64,000 nt of DNA from assembly GCA_034780895.1 (NCBI GenBank), contig JAUZTB010000118.1, positions 74,220,598 through 74,284,597 on the forward strand, written 5' to 3'. Both the position numbers and the translations under genes were made by a program. Positions 36,641 to 49,780 of the stretch are shown here, piece after piece. The notes under the pieces were generated by a model that was given only the letters and a program-made list of their open reading frames with translations, ran no database searches and was not told the origin of the DNA. This stretch comes from Rhynchobatus australiae (lineage: Eukaryota). Each line of letters begins with the position of its first letter. Position 1 is the first letter of the stretch.

Positions 36641-38334
36641 TTGCAAACACTTCAATTCTGTGATGGACATTATATAAACAAATACATTCTTTAAAAAAAA
36701 CATTGGAACAAAAGCAGACTATTCAGTTCCTTGAAATTGCTCTGCTATTCATTAGACCAGAGTTTAATTCTATTCCATGCAGATTATTACTGAGATAGGT
36801 TTGATAATCCTTTAGGTTATTTCACAGGTAAGTACTGATGTCTGGCAATCATCACTTTGATTTTTTGCTTGTAATAAAAAAATGGTGAAGGTATCTTTGC
36901 CCTGGTATAATAGTGAAAATGAATCAACGGTCTATTCTACATTCTTCCTCATTTTTATTTCTAATGAATTCAGTGGAGCTCAACTGAAAGAGGCATAACA
37001 TGGTAACCAACTCACACACACCTAATATCAGTTATCTTACACTGTGACTGTTTGTTGCCTTTAATCTGTAGACTGTATTCCAAAATTAGAACAGAATGAT
37101 TGCTAGCATGCTGTCTTTATAACCCTGAACATAAAAATATTTCTAGGCACTTTTTGTATTTACCTTTGTAAGCAATGAGTATGCAGTTCAATATTACAAA
37201 ACATCACTATTTTCTTGAAAGTAGTTAGGTAAACTGTTTTTAATTACCTTTTTGTTTACAGCTTTGACGATGGTGTGAAACATTTCATCATTTCAGTTGC
37301 AAAGCTAAAAATAACCGTGATTAATAACTCCAACTTCCAAATGAAATTTCAAGTTTCATTAGGGCATTTCCCTCTTAATTGAGGATGCGATGCTATTTAT
37401 AAACGTGTATGGATAAAGGGGAGCATGTGCAAGATAGGTTTGCACACTGGCATTAATTTACTGCCTGAGAAAATATTATGGAAATTAAATTCAGTTTTAA
37501 AGCAGGAGACAGGAAACGTTATTTGTACTATAGGAGATCCATAATTTAGTTGTGTTGGACAGCTAAAAAGAATGTTAAAATCAAAATGGAAGGAAGGATG
37601 ACATGTAATTCATCTTTCTGTCAGCAGATTGTTAACCAGATTTATGCACATGCCTCTGATAGTCTGAAATTTTTCATTTTAAAGTTAATAATCAGAAATT
37701 CCATCTGTGTGTCTCTTGATTTTAAATACTGGTTTGGGGATTGCACGACTGGGAGTCATCAGAACCTTTAGGTTAGGCACGGGGAGGTGGCAGGGTGTGA
37801 TTGGATCAGGCTTGGGGTTGTGATCAGGTTGGACTGAGTGTCTGACCTGCAACCTAGGGAAAGACGGCAAAGGTCAGCCTCACGACCATCGAGGATGGAG
37901 TAAAGATGAGATTGGGAGTGGGGTCCCCAAGTGAGAGCAGTATCTAATTTAAGGAGGACCACTCTGCAACAGGGTCTGAACTTTGGACTCCAGGGTCTAG
38001 GAATTGCTAGGGCAGCTAATGACTGACCAAGCAGCTCTTACAGCTGCTCCATGGGTCTGCTTTTGTTCAGGTGATCCTGCATCGTCCACCATCCATGCAG
38101 GTATCCATTAATGAAAAGCACTGTAGTGATGCCCGGTGTGTATGTTGTAACCCATCAGAAGTTTAAAGGACCCAGTAGGTAAATCATAGACTTTGTGACC
38201 CATGGAGTAAATTTTGGATTTTTTTACAATGTATATCTTTTTCGTAGAATTTGTAAGGTCAGGTCAGAGTCCTCCTTTAGTTCCTTACCTTAAAACACCA
38301 ATGGCAGGTGAATGGTGGCATTGGACAAATGAAA

Positions 38335-38550
38335 GAGCAGCACGGTAGCGTAGTGGTTAGTGTGACACTATTATAGCACCAGTGACCGGGGTTCAATTCC
38401 TGTCACTGTCTGTAAGGAGTTTGTACGTTCCCCCTGTGTCTGCGTGGGGTTCCTCCGGGTGCTTCTCTTTCCTCCCCCCTTCCAAAGACGTACGGGTAGG
38501 TTAACATGGGTTTAAATGGGCAGCACAGACTCGTTGGGCCAGAAGGCTGT
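38335..38550 (+). mobile_element. V-SINE with CR1-like tail
   Basis: gcagcacggtagcgtagtggttag (A box), ggttcaattcc (B box), V-domain gtgtctgcgtggggttcctccgggtg. Confidence 0.85.
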
Positions 38551-40399
38551 AGATTAAGTTTGAAAAGGTTTTAAAGGAAATTAAATTCACTTTAATCTCC
38601 TCAGGTGCATTTTGAAAGATATTAGAAAAGAACTGGTTAAACTTCTTCAAGTTCTATGTTTTAAAGTCAAAGAAGGGTCTTGAGTTACCCATTGGTTTGT
38701 TTGTGTTTCATCTAGAAAGGTTTGGAAGGAACCGTGTGTTTAGTATATCTTCTGGAGAGAAGAGCCGTGTCATTTTAATCTAAACTGAAACCACAAATGA
38801 GCAGCATGGTTCAGTCTGGACACAGCTTCACTTGTTCCTCCTCCTCTGAAGGGCGGCCTGAGGTACAGTTCCATGGGGACTGGTATCTGAGTGGTAACTG
38901 TTCATATATGAACGGTTATAGGGACCCTGATAATTTCCACTTCTCTTTCCCCTGCCCTCTCCCCTCCCTGCCCCTGGTAAGCCAGCCCAACAACCCTGAT
39001 GCTGCCCTTGGTGAGAGCAGAACTAAATGTTTTTGAGAGCTTTATTTAAAAAAAAATCTTGTCTCCTGAAGATTCTGCTCCTTTAAGCTTTTTTTTTATT
39101 GAATAGTTTCATGCAATAAACCCTATTTTGTTCTACATATTCACTACAAATACATTATTACACAATTAATTGCCTGTACCATTTAGAACTATAGAACTGA
39201 CCATTTTCATTGACTATTCAGACTAGGTCTGCCACAGCATATGCAAAAGAGGCAAATTATTGTGCCTGAAACCAAGTGTAACTAAATTGTAAATTGGAGC
39301 CATTGAAATGATTTATCAGTAAGAGTTTACACAGACATCCATTTAATGGAACCCAAAAAGAAAGTAAGGAAATGTGTTCAGCAGATCCAGATAACTACAC
39401 TCTTCCCTCCCAGGCAAGCCTGCCTGCCTATTCTGTTCTCACAGTGGGAATGCGTGCAGAAGAATTTAAAAATAGCCTTGCACCTGATGTGCTAATGGTT
39501 TTCCTCTGCAGGAAGATTGGTGGGTATTTGTAAAGAAAGTGCCGTTCTCAGCAATATGTAAGCAATTTGACATTTCTGTAAGGAGAATTTAGCAAATACA
39601 ATGGGCTATTTGTCTGTGTATCCTTTTGAATGAGTGGAAATGCATGAGGCTCAAAGCATGATTTAAATTACTTTGTGATTGCAGATGTCGCAAGTTAATT
39701 TTAAATTTTAGAATAAAGAAACTTGCCACTTTGAGTGTGTCCTTGTCAGGTATAAACAGTGTTTTGCTTATTACTTAAGGACAAATGATACAGCCTCAGT
39801 AAGGTTTCACATAAAGGGTATATGCAAGGGTGAATTTTAAAAATGCACAGCCGAAGGTTTCAAATTTGCTGTTAGTCTTCCTTTCAGGTTGGTGTTCTAT
39901 GTCTACCTCTTCGTGTACAATTACATTAAGTAGATCTAATTGTACTTGTCAGTGTTCTGTGTCAGAAAGACCTAATGTGCTACAGTGCTAGAAATTGCAT
40001 CTTTGGCTATTCTGTATGCGATATAGTGGCATATACTGACCCTCCATTCCTAAAATTACATTGGTAAAAATGATGTTATCAGCAGAGACTTTGCTTAACC
40101 TTCAGAGGTTAGCATGTAAACCTTCAAGAATTTTCTAGCATTTGCAATTTGTCTAATTAGAGAATATAGAATGCTTGATTCTATGTATGTAGATTGGGAA
40201 AAGAGGTTGTGAAAACTGTGAAACATACTTCAAAAGTGAAATCCTGCTATAAATCTGAACTAATGAGCTACAGAGCTTCTATTAAACCATTAACAATCAC
40301 AACCATAAAGATTTTTTTTCTGTAAAGTGAGAGTTTGGGAAACTCATTATGGTTCACAATTAAAGTTACAAATATAAAATTATTTTAATATTGAATATT

Positions 40400-41125
40400 A
40401 GAGTTGTATCACAATCACACAGCACAGAAACAGACCCTTTGGTCCACTGTATCAGTGAAGGGGATCAAGTGCCTATCTATACTAATCCCATTTCCCAGTA
40501 CTCAGCCTATAGCTTTCTATGCCGCAGCATTTCAATTGCTCCTCTAAGCACTTCCGAAATGTGATGAGAGTACCTGCCTCCATCACCCTGCCTGGCAGTG
40601 GGTTCCAAGTTTCAATCATCCTCTGGGTGAAAAACGTCCTTCCTCATGTCCCCTCCAACCCTCCTTTCCCTTACTTAAACTATGCCCTCTTGTCATCAAC
40701 TCCTCTACTGAGGGGAACAATTTCTCATTACCTGCTCTAATAATGTTGTATACCTCATTCAGGTCTCCCATTAGCCTCTTCTACTCCAACAAAAACAAAC
40801 CCAACCTATCCAGTCTCACGTCATCACTGAAATGCAAAATATCCTGGTGAATCTCCTCTGCCTCTACCTTCAAATATGCACGGACTTGTAGACCAAGGTC
40901 TTTCAGTCCCTTAGTAACCCTAGGGTCATGCCATTCATTTCTCACTACCTTCCCTATCCATGCTCCTCGTCATTATTACCCTAACCTTATTAATCCTCTC
41001 AAAATGCATCACCTAATCTTTCAGGATTAAGTTCTATCAGTCATTTCTGTTCCCATGCTCCCAATTGATCAATATCATTCTGTAACTGAAAACTACCCTC
41101 CCCACTATCACAGTACCAACAATCT
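40400..41125 (-). mobile_element. CR1 LINE 3' end
   Basis: cacagcacagaaacagaccctttgg tail; ggcagtgggttccaagtttcaatcatcctctgggtgaaaaa is the reverse of the FFTQR..WN.LP motif. Confidence 0.8.
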
Positions 41126-41656
41126 TTCAAAAGTTTTTTTTTGTCATTGTTTCATTTTATACCCACTTCTGAAGAATTGATCCTCATCATGATATTACTC
41201 TACACATTGTGGGTGCCCCAGACTACCTCATTGAACACTGTCATTCATTTTCATCCCAAGCGGAAGCATGGGAGGTGCAGAGGCATTGGGGAATAAGCTG
41301 GTCCTGTCCTCGCCTGATATCCAAATGGCTACATCTAACAGGCAATGCCAAGCTGCCTGTGGAGCCAGGAACTCCTGGATGGATCAGGGATCAACTCTGG
41401 TTTCCTACCTGTTCTGCATCGCTCAACTGCTCACTGAGTGAAGAGTTAGTGGGAAACCAATTAGCTCTATTTTATGAATAATCTATTGACCAAAGTCTTT
41501 TCTAATGCATCTGTAATAGTTGTATTATTATGTGGTGAAGCATTTAAAATTGAATGATTTGCTCCTCCTGACTTGCTGTCTGCTTAGCGTGATAAGATTC
41601 TACACACTATGTTTGAAGCCTGAAGTGAACATGTCGATTCTTTGTTCTATTTATAG

Positions 41657-41717
41657 AGACCATATTTACACTGTCGAAATGGATACATCATTCAAAGAGC
41701 AGATTAATTTTAACAAA
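41657..41717 (+). CDS. sema6a: Semaphorin-6A exon 4
   Basis: tttatag| (R)DHIYTVEMDTSFKEQINFNK |gtaagt; 61 nt. Confidence 0.95.
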
Positions 41718-41864
41718 GTAAGTTGCATGTGTTTTCTTTGGTTGTGAGATGCTTCTGTCACCATTTAAACATAAGGCCCCGTGTGCAGAACCCAGATAAG
41801 ACTTAACTGTAAATTCGAAAAACTGGCAGTAAAGTGTGGGATAAACAAAGACAGCTAAAATCTT

Positions 41865-41975
41865 TTAATAAATACAGAAAATGCTGGAAACACTCAGCAG
41901 GTCTGGCAGCATATGTGGAAAGAGAAACAGAGTTTACATTTCAGGTCAAAGACCCTTCATTAGCACTGGGAAAGT
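41865..41975 (-). repeat. Single arm of the palindromic repeat family, with hammerhead-like core remnant
   Basis: cagaaaatgctggaaacactcagcaggtctggcagcat matches the arms at 1775-1992. The minus strand has ctaatga-agggtc-ttt-gacct-gaaa. Confidence 0.6.
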
Positions 41976-42529
41976 GAGAAAATATTGTATTTAAGCTGCA
42001 GTGAGGAAACTTCTTTTGGTTAAGGAAGATTTAGATAAAACCCTACATTAAATTTCGAAGTACCATTCTCATTTGTTACCATTATGGGAAAGCTTTATTC
42101 AAGTGAACATATCTTGCAACAAGCTACCTATCTCCAAAAGCATTAAATTGAAATGATCTGGGTGTGTTCCAACAAATCTGTTTAAAAGGTACCAGGCATA
42201 TGTATGCTCTGTTTTATGAATAATTATGAAAAATTATTTTCCCCACCTACATAATTCTCAGTTATTGTACAAAGTTAAAATCCCTAACTTTTAGATTATT
42301 TTGCATTGTTTGTAAAAAAAACAATAATCCAATGGAAATTAAATCTCATTAAAATGGAAACCCCTGCAGTAATTTCCTCATCTGCAATAAATCAAGGCAC
42401 ACTGTTACCATGAATCAATGTGGTAAATCCATTAGTGTGCAAAAAGAAGTCTTTTATCCTCCTGTACCATTTGCTGCAGTGGTTGAAAGTAAACAACAGA
42501 TATTTGTGCTTAGAAAGTGCCTATAAGGT

Positions 42530-42860
42530 GATAGTGGTGGTACAGTGACACAGCAGTTAGTGCTACTGTTGCACAGGTTCCAGGTTCGATCCTGACCTCG
42601 GGTGCTGTCTGTGTGGAGTTTGCATATTCTTCCCGTGACTGCATGGACTTTCCTTGGGTGTTCTGGTTTCCTCCCACATCCCAAAGACATGCTGGTAGGT
42701 TAATTGGCTACTGTCATTTACCTCCAGGTGGGGAGTTGATGGGCATGTGATAGAGAATAGGTTACAGGGAAATTAGTATGGGAATGGGACTGATGGGAAT
42801 GCTATAAGAGTCGGCATAGACAGTGGGATGAATGGCCTCCTTCAATGCATTAGAAAATAT
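42530..42860 (+). mobile_element. V-SINE (HE1-like), older subfamily with CR1-like tail
   Basis: B-box ggttcgatcc, ggtgctgtctgtgtggagtttgca.attct, ggtttcctcccacatcccaaagac, tail gaatggcctccttc. Confidence 0.85.
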
Positions 42861-43330
42861 TAAAATATAAGAAAATGTCCTAAAGAATGGACATTAGTTT
42901 CAAATGACAGGCAGATGCAAAGCATCGTAGATAGGGTACATAGATAGGGCAGATAGTTTTGACAAGGACCAAATACAGAATCTGCAGTCTTCCCCACATT
43001 TACTCAGAAGTTTCTCCTCATCAACCACTGGATGCCAGACAAGATGTCCAAATAACCGTGGGAGAAAGCCCAGGTCAGGTGGTGCTATGGTGGAGCTGGG
43101 TGTCATTGAATCATGTGGTCACAGACACGTAGATTCACATATATGTGTGTGTGAAACTGACTCTGTGTATCTGAATGAAATTGCAAAGGGACTGGAATTA
43201 AGATGTATCACACTAACTTTGAACACACTTTATGCCCGTCAGGCATAACACTGAATGTTATTTATTGAAAAAATACTAAGTTGTATTAGATGCTCTCTGA
43301 TTCTAATGATCATTCTTTTCATATTCACAG

Positions 43331-43393
43331 AAGTTAACCTGGCGATCTAAACAAGCTGATATTGACATATGTAGAATGAAGGGAAAACATAAG
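43331..43393 (+). CDS. sema6a: Semaphorin-6A exon 5
   Basis: ttcacag| KLTWRSKQADIDICRMKGKHK |gtgagt; 63 nt. Confidence 0.96.
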
Positions 43394-43676
43394 GTGAGTG
43401 GGCAATATTTCCTTAATGGGTGTCACTACAGAATGGATTTTCTGCATGTCATGGTAAAACACAATCTCCAATCAACCTGACTATTGGCTTTCTCTTCTAA
43501 TGGGTGCCCCTGCTGATGGCTCTATTTGTTACAATGGTAAATTCACAGAGGTAGAAAGTAATAGCTTGCTGTTCAGTTGTGCTTACAGGTTTAGAGACAC
43601 AATGCACAATAATAATTGAATAATAAAACATTATTGTATTGTGAGCTGGCTGTAACATTTTTTTTTGCTGCTTTAG

Positions 43677-43778
43677 GATGAGTGTCACAACTTCATTAAG
43701 TTGCTTCTGAAGAGAAATGATGACACCTTATTTGTCTGTGGGACAAATGCTTTTAACCCGTCATGCAGAAACTATAAG
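43677..43778 (+). CDS. sema6a: Semaphorin-6A exon 6
   Basis: ctttag| [34 protein letters not shown] |gtatgt; contains the Sema hallmark CGTNAF.P.C. Confidence 0.97.
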
Positions 43779-44339
43779 GTATGTTCCTGAATATGCCTTT
43801 CTGAGTAAGAAGCTTCAGCATTCTCATTACCATCCCTGGAGACAACATTAGGTGATTGTAACTCATTCTGATTCAGTATCTGAATTCCATTGTAAAATCA
43901 CTTGCATCATTCCTGATTTATTTTTCAACAAATTCTGCGTGTGGAAGCATTTTGATCATAGATAATCTTAACACTATATGGATCCAAATTAAGCTGAATA
44001 CCTATGCTGTCCAAGGTTTACAGCTTGGCTTCATGTTGTATATAAAAGAGACAATGCAATTTCAGCATGCCACAGCCTATTAATGTCTTTTAATTCAGAT
44101 AACAACCGAACAATGCAGTATTAAAACAATTCCACCCAGGCCTTGGATCATGGAGTAACAGAATGGCAGTAGTAAAGGGCCGCAAGCAATAATTAACTAG
44201 TCCAAACTGACCTTGTGTTTTGAGAGCCACACAACATGAGAATATTAACAGTGTCAAAATGAAGTGCAGGATGTGTGAAATTAATTGAGATGGTTCAAAG
44301 GTTGTACTTCTGTTTCAGGTCCCATGAAAGAAAGAAGCG

Positions 44340-46199
44340 GTGTACTGAGCAACCTTCTAATAAACACACAAAGACCAGTCATTTTTCTTATTACTATTTG
44401 TAGACCTTGCTCTGCATGGACAAGAAGACAGAAGCAGCAAGGGCCACTAATAATGAACAGCACATACTGGATTTGCCAATGATGTTCACTTCTCATACAT
44501 GAACAAAACTCAAATAACAGGGATGCATTTATGGGGAAGCTGGGTAAATGTATGAGAGAGAAAGGCCTGGAGTAATAGGTTTATGAGGGAGGGTCACAGA
44601 GAACATAAATACTGAAATGCATCTGTTAGGCAAAATGACCTGTTTATGAGCTGTAAATATTAAGTAAGAGGTGTAACAATTAGAATAACATATACTTGTA
44701 ATATAAAGTTGTTCCATGGATATCTACTGTGCTGGACTGTTGGATTTCAAATGAGAAAAGCAAAAATGAAGCCTCAGTTTCAAATAATAACTGATCCAGA
44801 TTTTCCAAGGAAATTTGGAAAGTTAGGTGGGAGGCAAAATCACCCGTCCAAAGTATTCCTTCCTTTCTGCATTCTTTCCCACGAGACCTGGTGAAGCACC
44901 TGTCTTTCACGATGAGCCCGGCATGATTCTTGGAAATTACCTGGGAATGACAGTGCTGGGGTGGACAGGGAATAAGGGGATGAGCAAGAGGCTGAGCTTT
45001 TGCAGGTGCGTGACTGCCCAGTCGAAGTTTAGCCTTACCCGTGGTCTGCAACACGTATCTCCAGGCAACAGAAAATAACAGCATGCAGGCTTGACATTGT
45101 TACATTCTGCAGAGCTCAAACTGCACAATTTAACTATAGGGAAGCAAGCAAGTTTCCACAATTTTCTGGAGAGAAGCCATGGCAATTCAATTACCATTGC
45201 TGATTACATCAGGAAAAGAGACATCTGCAGTGAATGTCATCTCCATATCGAGAGAGCAGCAGACAGTCTTTTTAAGCTCATTGGTTTGACAGCTGTTGAG
45301 NNNNNNNNNNTTCCTACTCTTGCACATTATACTCAAACAGGTTTCTTGTTTCACAGAGAGATTGGTTTCACATTAATCAGAGTTACCTGATCTAGTGAAA
45401 TGAAAGTCAGTACAACAGCTCTTCAGATGAATCTTCTACAGTAACTAACCTGTTGCTGGTGATACTGATCTTGTTTCATCCTAGCTTTTACAATTCAGTC
45501 TTTGCTTTACATTCAATGGTGCGGATCAAAGTTTGGAAACTTGTTGCAGTCCAAAAGAGTGCAAATCATTAGTGTCACAACTTTTTCATAGTGGTTTGCC
45601 ACTGGGAGTAATACAAATATTTAATGCTTTCCCCATCTGCTCGACTGAATATGGGATACTGATTACCACACCTGTTGATTTGCCATTCCACTGATGGAAA
45701 TAGTGCAGACTCTGGCAATAGCTCATTGGTCAATAATGAACATCTACTGAATGTTATTACACTTATTTCTATTCTTTACCATTACTAATACCTTAGAAAT
45801 GTCTCAGACTGGCCAACAGCCTGAAATTGGATCTTTCTGGTCCTTTGTGAGTTGTCTGTATTCTCAGTTAAGTGCAGCAAGGTATATAACCAAACAGCCT
45901 CCGGGACAAAAGAGGGGAAAAAGAAGCCTTTTATATCAGTTCAAACTGCAGAAGTGTTGGAATTAAACACCTTGACATTCTTTTTAATTTAATCTCAAGT
46001 TAACTCCTTCCATATTTATGTATCTCTAAGTAAAAGATGAATTTGGATTTTATGCCGTACTTTCCATGAAATCTTCAAATTGATACACAGCTGTTGAAGT
46101 ATTTCTGACATTGAGTACAGCAAACAATGTATGCACAGCAAATGGCAATGAGAGAAGTAATTGGTCTTTGTGTGTTGATTAGAAGGTTGCTCAGAACAC
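44340..46199. repeat. Long-range inverted repeat, 61-bp arms (44340-44400 and 46139-46199)
   Basis: Arm 1 gtgtactgagcaaccttctaataaacacacaaagaccagtcatttttcttattactatttg versus the reverse complement of arm 2: 52/61 identical with no gaps (hand count). Confidence 0.9.
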
Positions 46200-46776
46200 T
46201 GGAATAAAATGTTGCTGTTCTTCTGAAAATATTGGATTTGTTTCTGAGGCAGATGAATCTTTTGCTTACTACCTTATCTAAAAGCTGGCAGTTATGATGC
46301 AATCTCCATCAATACTGGATTGAAATATCAGCCTCTATCATACAAAATCATAAAAGTGCTAGATCGGAAGNNNNNNNNNNNNNNNNNNNNNNNNNNNNNN
46401 NNNNNNNNNNNNNNNNNNNNNNNNNNNGGATGGAGAAACAGGATTTCAGTTTTAAGTCGAAGGATTCTAACGATGCTGCCTGACCTGCTGAGTGCTTCCA
46501 ACATTCTCCCTTTATATTTTAAACAAACTTCAATGGCAGAGTTATGAACCCCACCACTGACACAAATTAAAGATTTGCTTCATTTTAGCTGCTCCAGCAA
46601 AAACAACTCTTCTCAGAGTCATCCCTTTCCATATTTTGAAGCTGGGATGGAGGTAATGGCAGTAAGATGGTCATCCCTGACGAGTAAAATGCATTGTGCA
46701 AAGCTAACCAGTTTTGAACAATATTAGTGACCCTTTGCTCAAGATTTTGAACATGAATTCTTCTTGCCTCTTTCAG

Positions 46777-46870
46777 TTGGACACCCTGGAAGTCCTTGGA
46801 GATGACAACATCAGTGGAATGGCAAGGTGCCCTTATGATCCAAAACATGCAAACGTTGCACTTTTTGCTG
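46777..46870 (+). CDS. sema6a: Semaphorin-6A exon 7
   Basis: tttcag| [31 protein letters not shown]+G |gtaaga; 94 nt. Confidence 0.96.
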
Positions 46871-47764
46871 GTAAGAAATTTTCTAGACTCCGTGATAGAT
46901 ATTCAGTGAAAATGTAACAATTTGACTTTCCCCCTCATGAAATACAGATCTCTCACAAACAGTATTCTGAAGCTATGTACTTTCCCATACTACCCTGTCA
47001 TTGCCAAATCAGCACCGGACTCAAGGATACATAAGGAGAGTGGCAAATGTAGGCCAACCTATCAATCACTGAGAGGTTCAAATGGGAAGGCAGAATATTT
47101 CAACCTTTACAATACATCAGTCAATCCATTACCAGTAAACTTTCCTAATCCTGTGGTCTTTCAACCTCTTGCCACCTCATCAAAATTTAGATTATCCAAA
47201 GGTTTGCTATTTTTACCCTATCCCACACTAAGTTTCACATGCTGTCATGGACTTATAATGATTTCCTGTCCCAAGAACCTCAGATTTACATTTCTCATCC
47301 TCATGAACTATGTTCAAATCACTTTAAGGGAACTGCACATCACTCAGAGATGTGCTGCAGCTGGTGAGGGTTCCAATATGTCAGCCAATAATAGGCAAAA
47401 CGTTTCCACATAAAAGCTGGCTGTTCTGAGCAAAGATTCTGAATTCCCCTTCTGCTGCCATTCTTATTGCCCTACATGTTGGTCTTCTCATGGAATCCAA
47501 TAGATGAGCCCAAACTTTCTGTAATTTCCAAGCAGATACACTGGGAGATTTGCCCAGTGAATCTGCACCAGTTATGATCTGGAGAGAAATGACTGCAAAA
47601 GAGCTTCAGGTAATTTATATTCTTATCGAACTGTATTTAACTAAGTGTCTTCTAGCATTTCAAAGTATTTATAATTTTATTTTTATAAATATTGCATTTA
47701 TTTCATACTATGTTTAATTTGTAGTGGTTGTTGAATACTTTAAATGTGCTTATCAGAGACACTC

Positions 47765-48062
47765 ATTGACATGCCCCAACATTCTGTCTCCCTAACACTA
47801 GCCTTCTGTGCTCCTCACTTCACTAATTAGGCCGAACTTTCCATGGTCTGGGTTTGAGTCTCAAAAATTGCTTCCCTAAATCCTTTCAACTCTTCATCCC
47901 CTACCCTTTAAATCCTTCCCAAATCCTGTCTCTCCAGCAAAACATTTGCCGACCCTTCCTAATGAGTCTTTTCTGGCTCAAAGCCCATTTTCCATTTGCC
48001 CATCTGTGAAGCACCCTTACAAATTATTTATATTCACAGTGCTATGTAAAGGCAAGTTGTTT
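47765..48062 (+). mobile_element. L2-like LINE 3' end
   Basis: ccctaaatcctttcaactct...ctgtgaagcacc...tttatattcacagtgctatgtaaaggcaagttgt resembles an L2 3' terminus. Confidence 0.55.
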
Positions 48063-48858
48063 ACTGACTTTTCTATCGCAGTTGGTGCTTGCTGTAATTT
48101 ATGTTAAAAATGCTACTATTAAGATAGCTGTTAGCTCAAAAGTAATACCCAGCAATAGAAATGAAATATCTAGACCAGGATTCAGGCAAGCTTTTTAATC
48201 CAGAAGGTTCTGAAGAATGGAAATTATAAATAACACAAAATATTCTCACTTATAGGGAGGGAAAAGAGTTGGGTGGAAGCAGGGATGTTAATTTTAGCCC
48301 AATATTTTATATTCTGTTGGAAGAAGGGAAATTTGATTTGGTTGGAATATCTGCTGGAAAGGCTGTATACACTTCCACTGTGTGCAGTCAAGGGTACAGA
48401 TGAAAGGGACATAGGACATTCAGGCAGACATATGGGTCTGAGTAGGAAGTCTTAGAGCAATAATTTGCTGGTCCAGACCTGGCCAGAAGCCAAAATTTGA
48501 CTCTGAAGATTTAAGCAGATTTGCTTACAATCATAAATGCAATTTTTTATTATTTTTCTTCCTCTTGGAAAGGGTTCTGAGGTTAATTGAATCAGTATGA
48601 AATTTGACCAGGTCTACTCATAAAATATTTAATTCAGGGCAAAAGAGGGTTTGTCGACAAATCCTTGGTGTACTCCTGAATGTAAAATATTAGAGTGCTT
48701 CTAGGATTAAAGCAAAACCCAAGAAAATATCCAACCCTGAATTAAAATTGTAATAATACAATTTCCTGAATGAATTTCAAATTTTTTTACAGCATATTTC
48801 CCATCAAAGCTACATTGTCTAATGTAGCATGTGTTATTTTTTGTTCTGTTTCTTCCAG

Positions 48859-48978
48859 AAGGTAAGCTTTATTCAGCAACTGTAACAGACTTCCTTGCCA
48901 TTGATGCAGTTATATATCGGAGTCTTGGAGAAAGTCCAACTCTACGGACAGTAAAGCATGACTCAAAATGGTTGAAAG
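48859..48978 (+). CDS. sema6a: Semaphorin-6A exon 8
   Basis: ttccag| (E)[39 protein letters not shown]+G |gtgagt; 120 nt. Confidence 0.97.
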
Positions 48979-49267
48979 GTGAGTAAACAGAAATGTTTGA
49001 ATACTTCCCTGTCAGGCATCCAGACAATCATTATCTCTAACTACTAAAGATTTTGTGGTTTTTATTTTACTTGAAGAAAGCAGATTTTTAATTTGAGTGA
49101 AGTCCAAGTAGTGTCACATCATACTCATAAGGCACACCTCAGGACATCATAGGATATAGAAACATTTCACAGGCTCCTTGTGGAATGTTTTTCATATCAT
49201 CATCTTACAGCTTTAGTGTTTAAAATCCATTCTCCAGCATGAAATTGCATGCAGAAAGTGATAATAT

Positions 49268-49559
49268 GATAAGATATCTTTATTAGTCACATGTATATTG
49301 AAACACACAGTGAAATACATCATAGAGTGTTCTGGGGGCAGCCCGCAAGTGTCACCACACTTCCAGCACCAACATAGCATGCCCGCAACTTCCTAACCTG
49401 TATGTCTTTGGAATGTGGGAGGAAACAGGAGCACCCCGAGGAAACCCACGCAGACATGGGGTGAATGTACAAACTCCTGACAGACAGCGGCCGGAATTGA
49501 ACCCAGGTCGCTGGCACTGTAATATCGTTACGCTAACTGCTACACTACCATGCCTGCCC
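49268..49559 (-). mobile_element. Near full-length V-SINE
   Basis: Reverse complement of the 2549-2827 element (gtgttctgggggcagcccgcaagtgtc...ggaaacccacgcagaca...cagacagcggccggaattgaaccc). Confidence 0.9.
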
Positions 49560-49780
49560 TGAAATTATTCATTCTGTTTCATTTGATAGTAACTGCCTCA
49601 CTGGCCATTTTGGGAATGCTGCATCATACCACTGAGATCTAACTCCAGCTATTATCCTAAGGAGGTCATCCCACACTAGGCATGAGCGTTAAGTGGATAT
49701 GTTTCTTTTGTTTTGAACTTGTACACTAGAACTCAGTGTTTGAACTAGGTGTAAATATGTGCTTCTTTATTTTGTTACAG

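Noticed and set aside
38341-38402. tRNA-like sequences with A and B boxes (also 2549, 31920, 42530, 49500)
   Set aside because: These are SINE heads followed by V-domains, not tRNA genes.
46922-47413. 163-aa + strand ORF in intron 7
   Set aside because: Non-ATG start, no recognisable motif and no convincing splice boundaries; compatible with chance.
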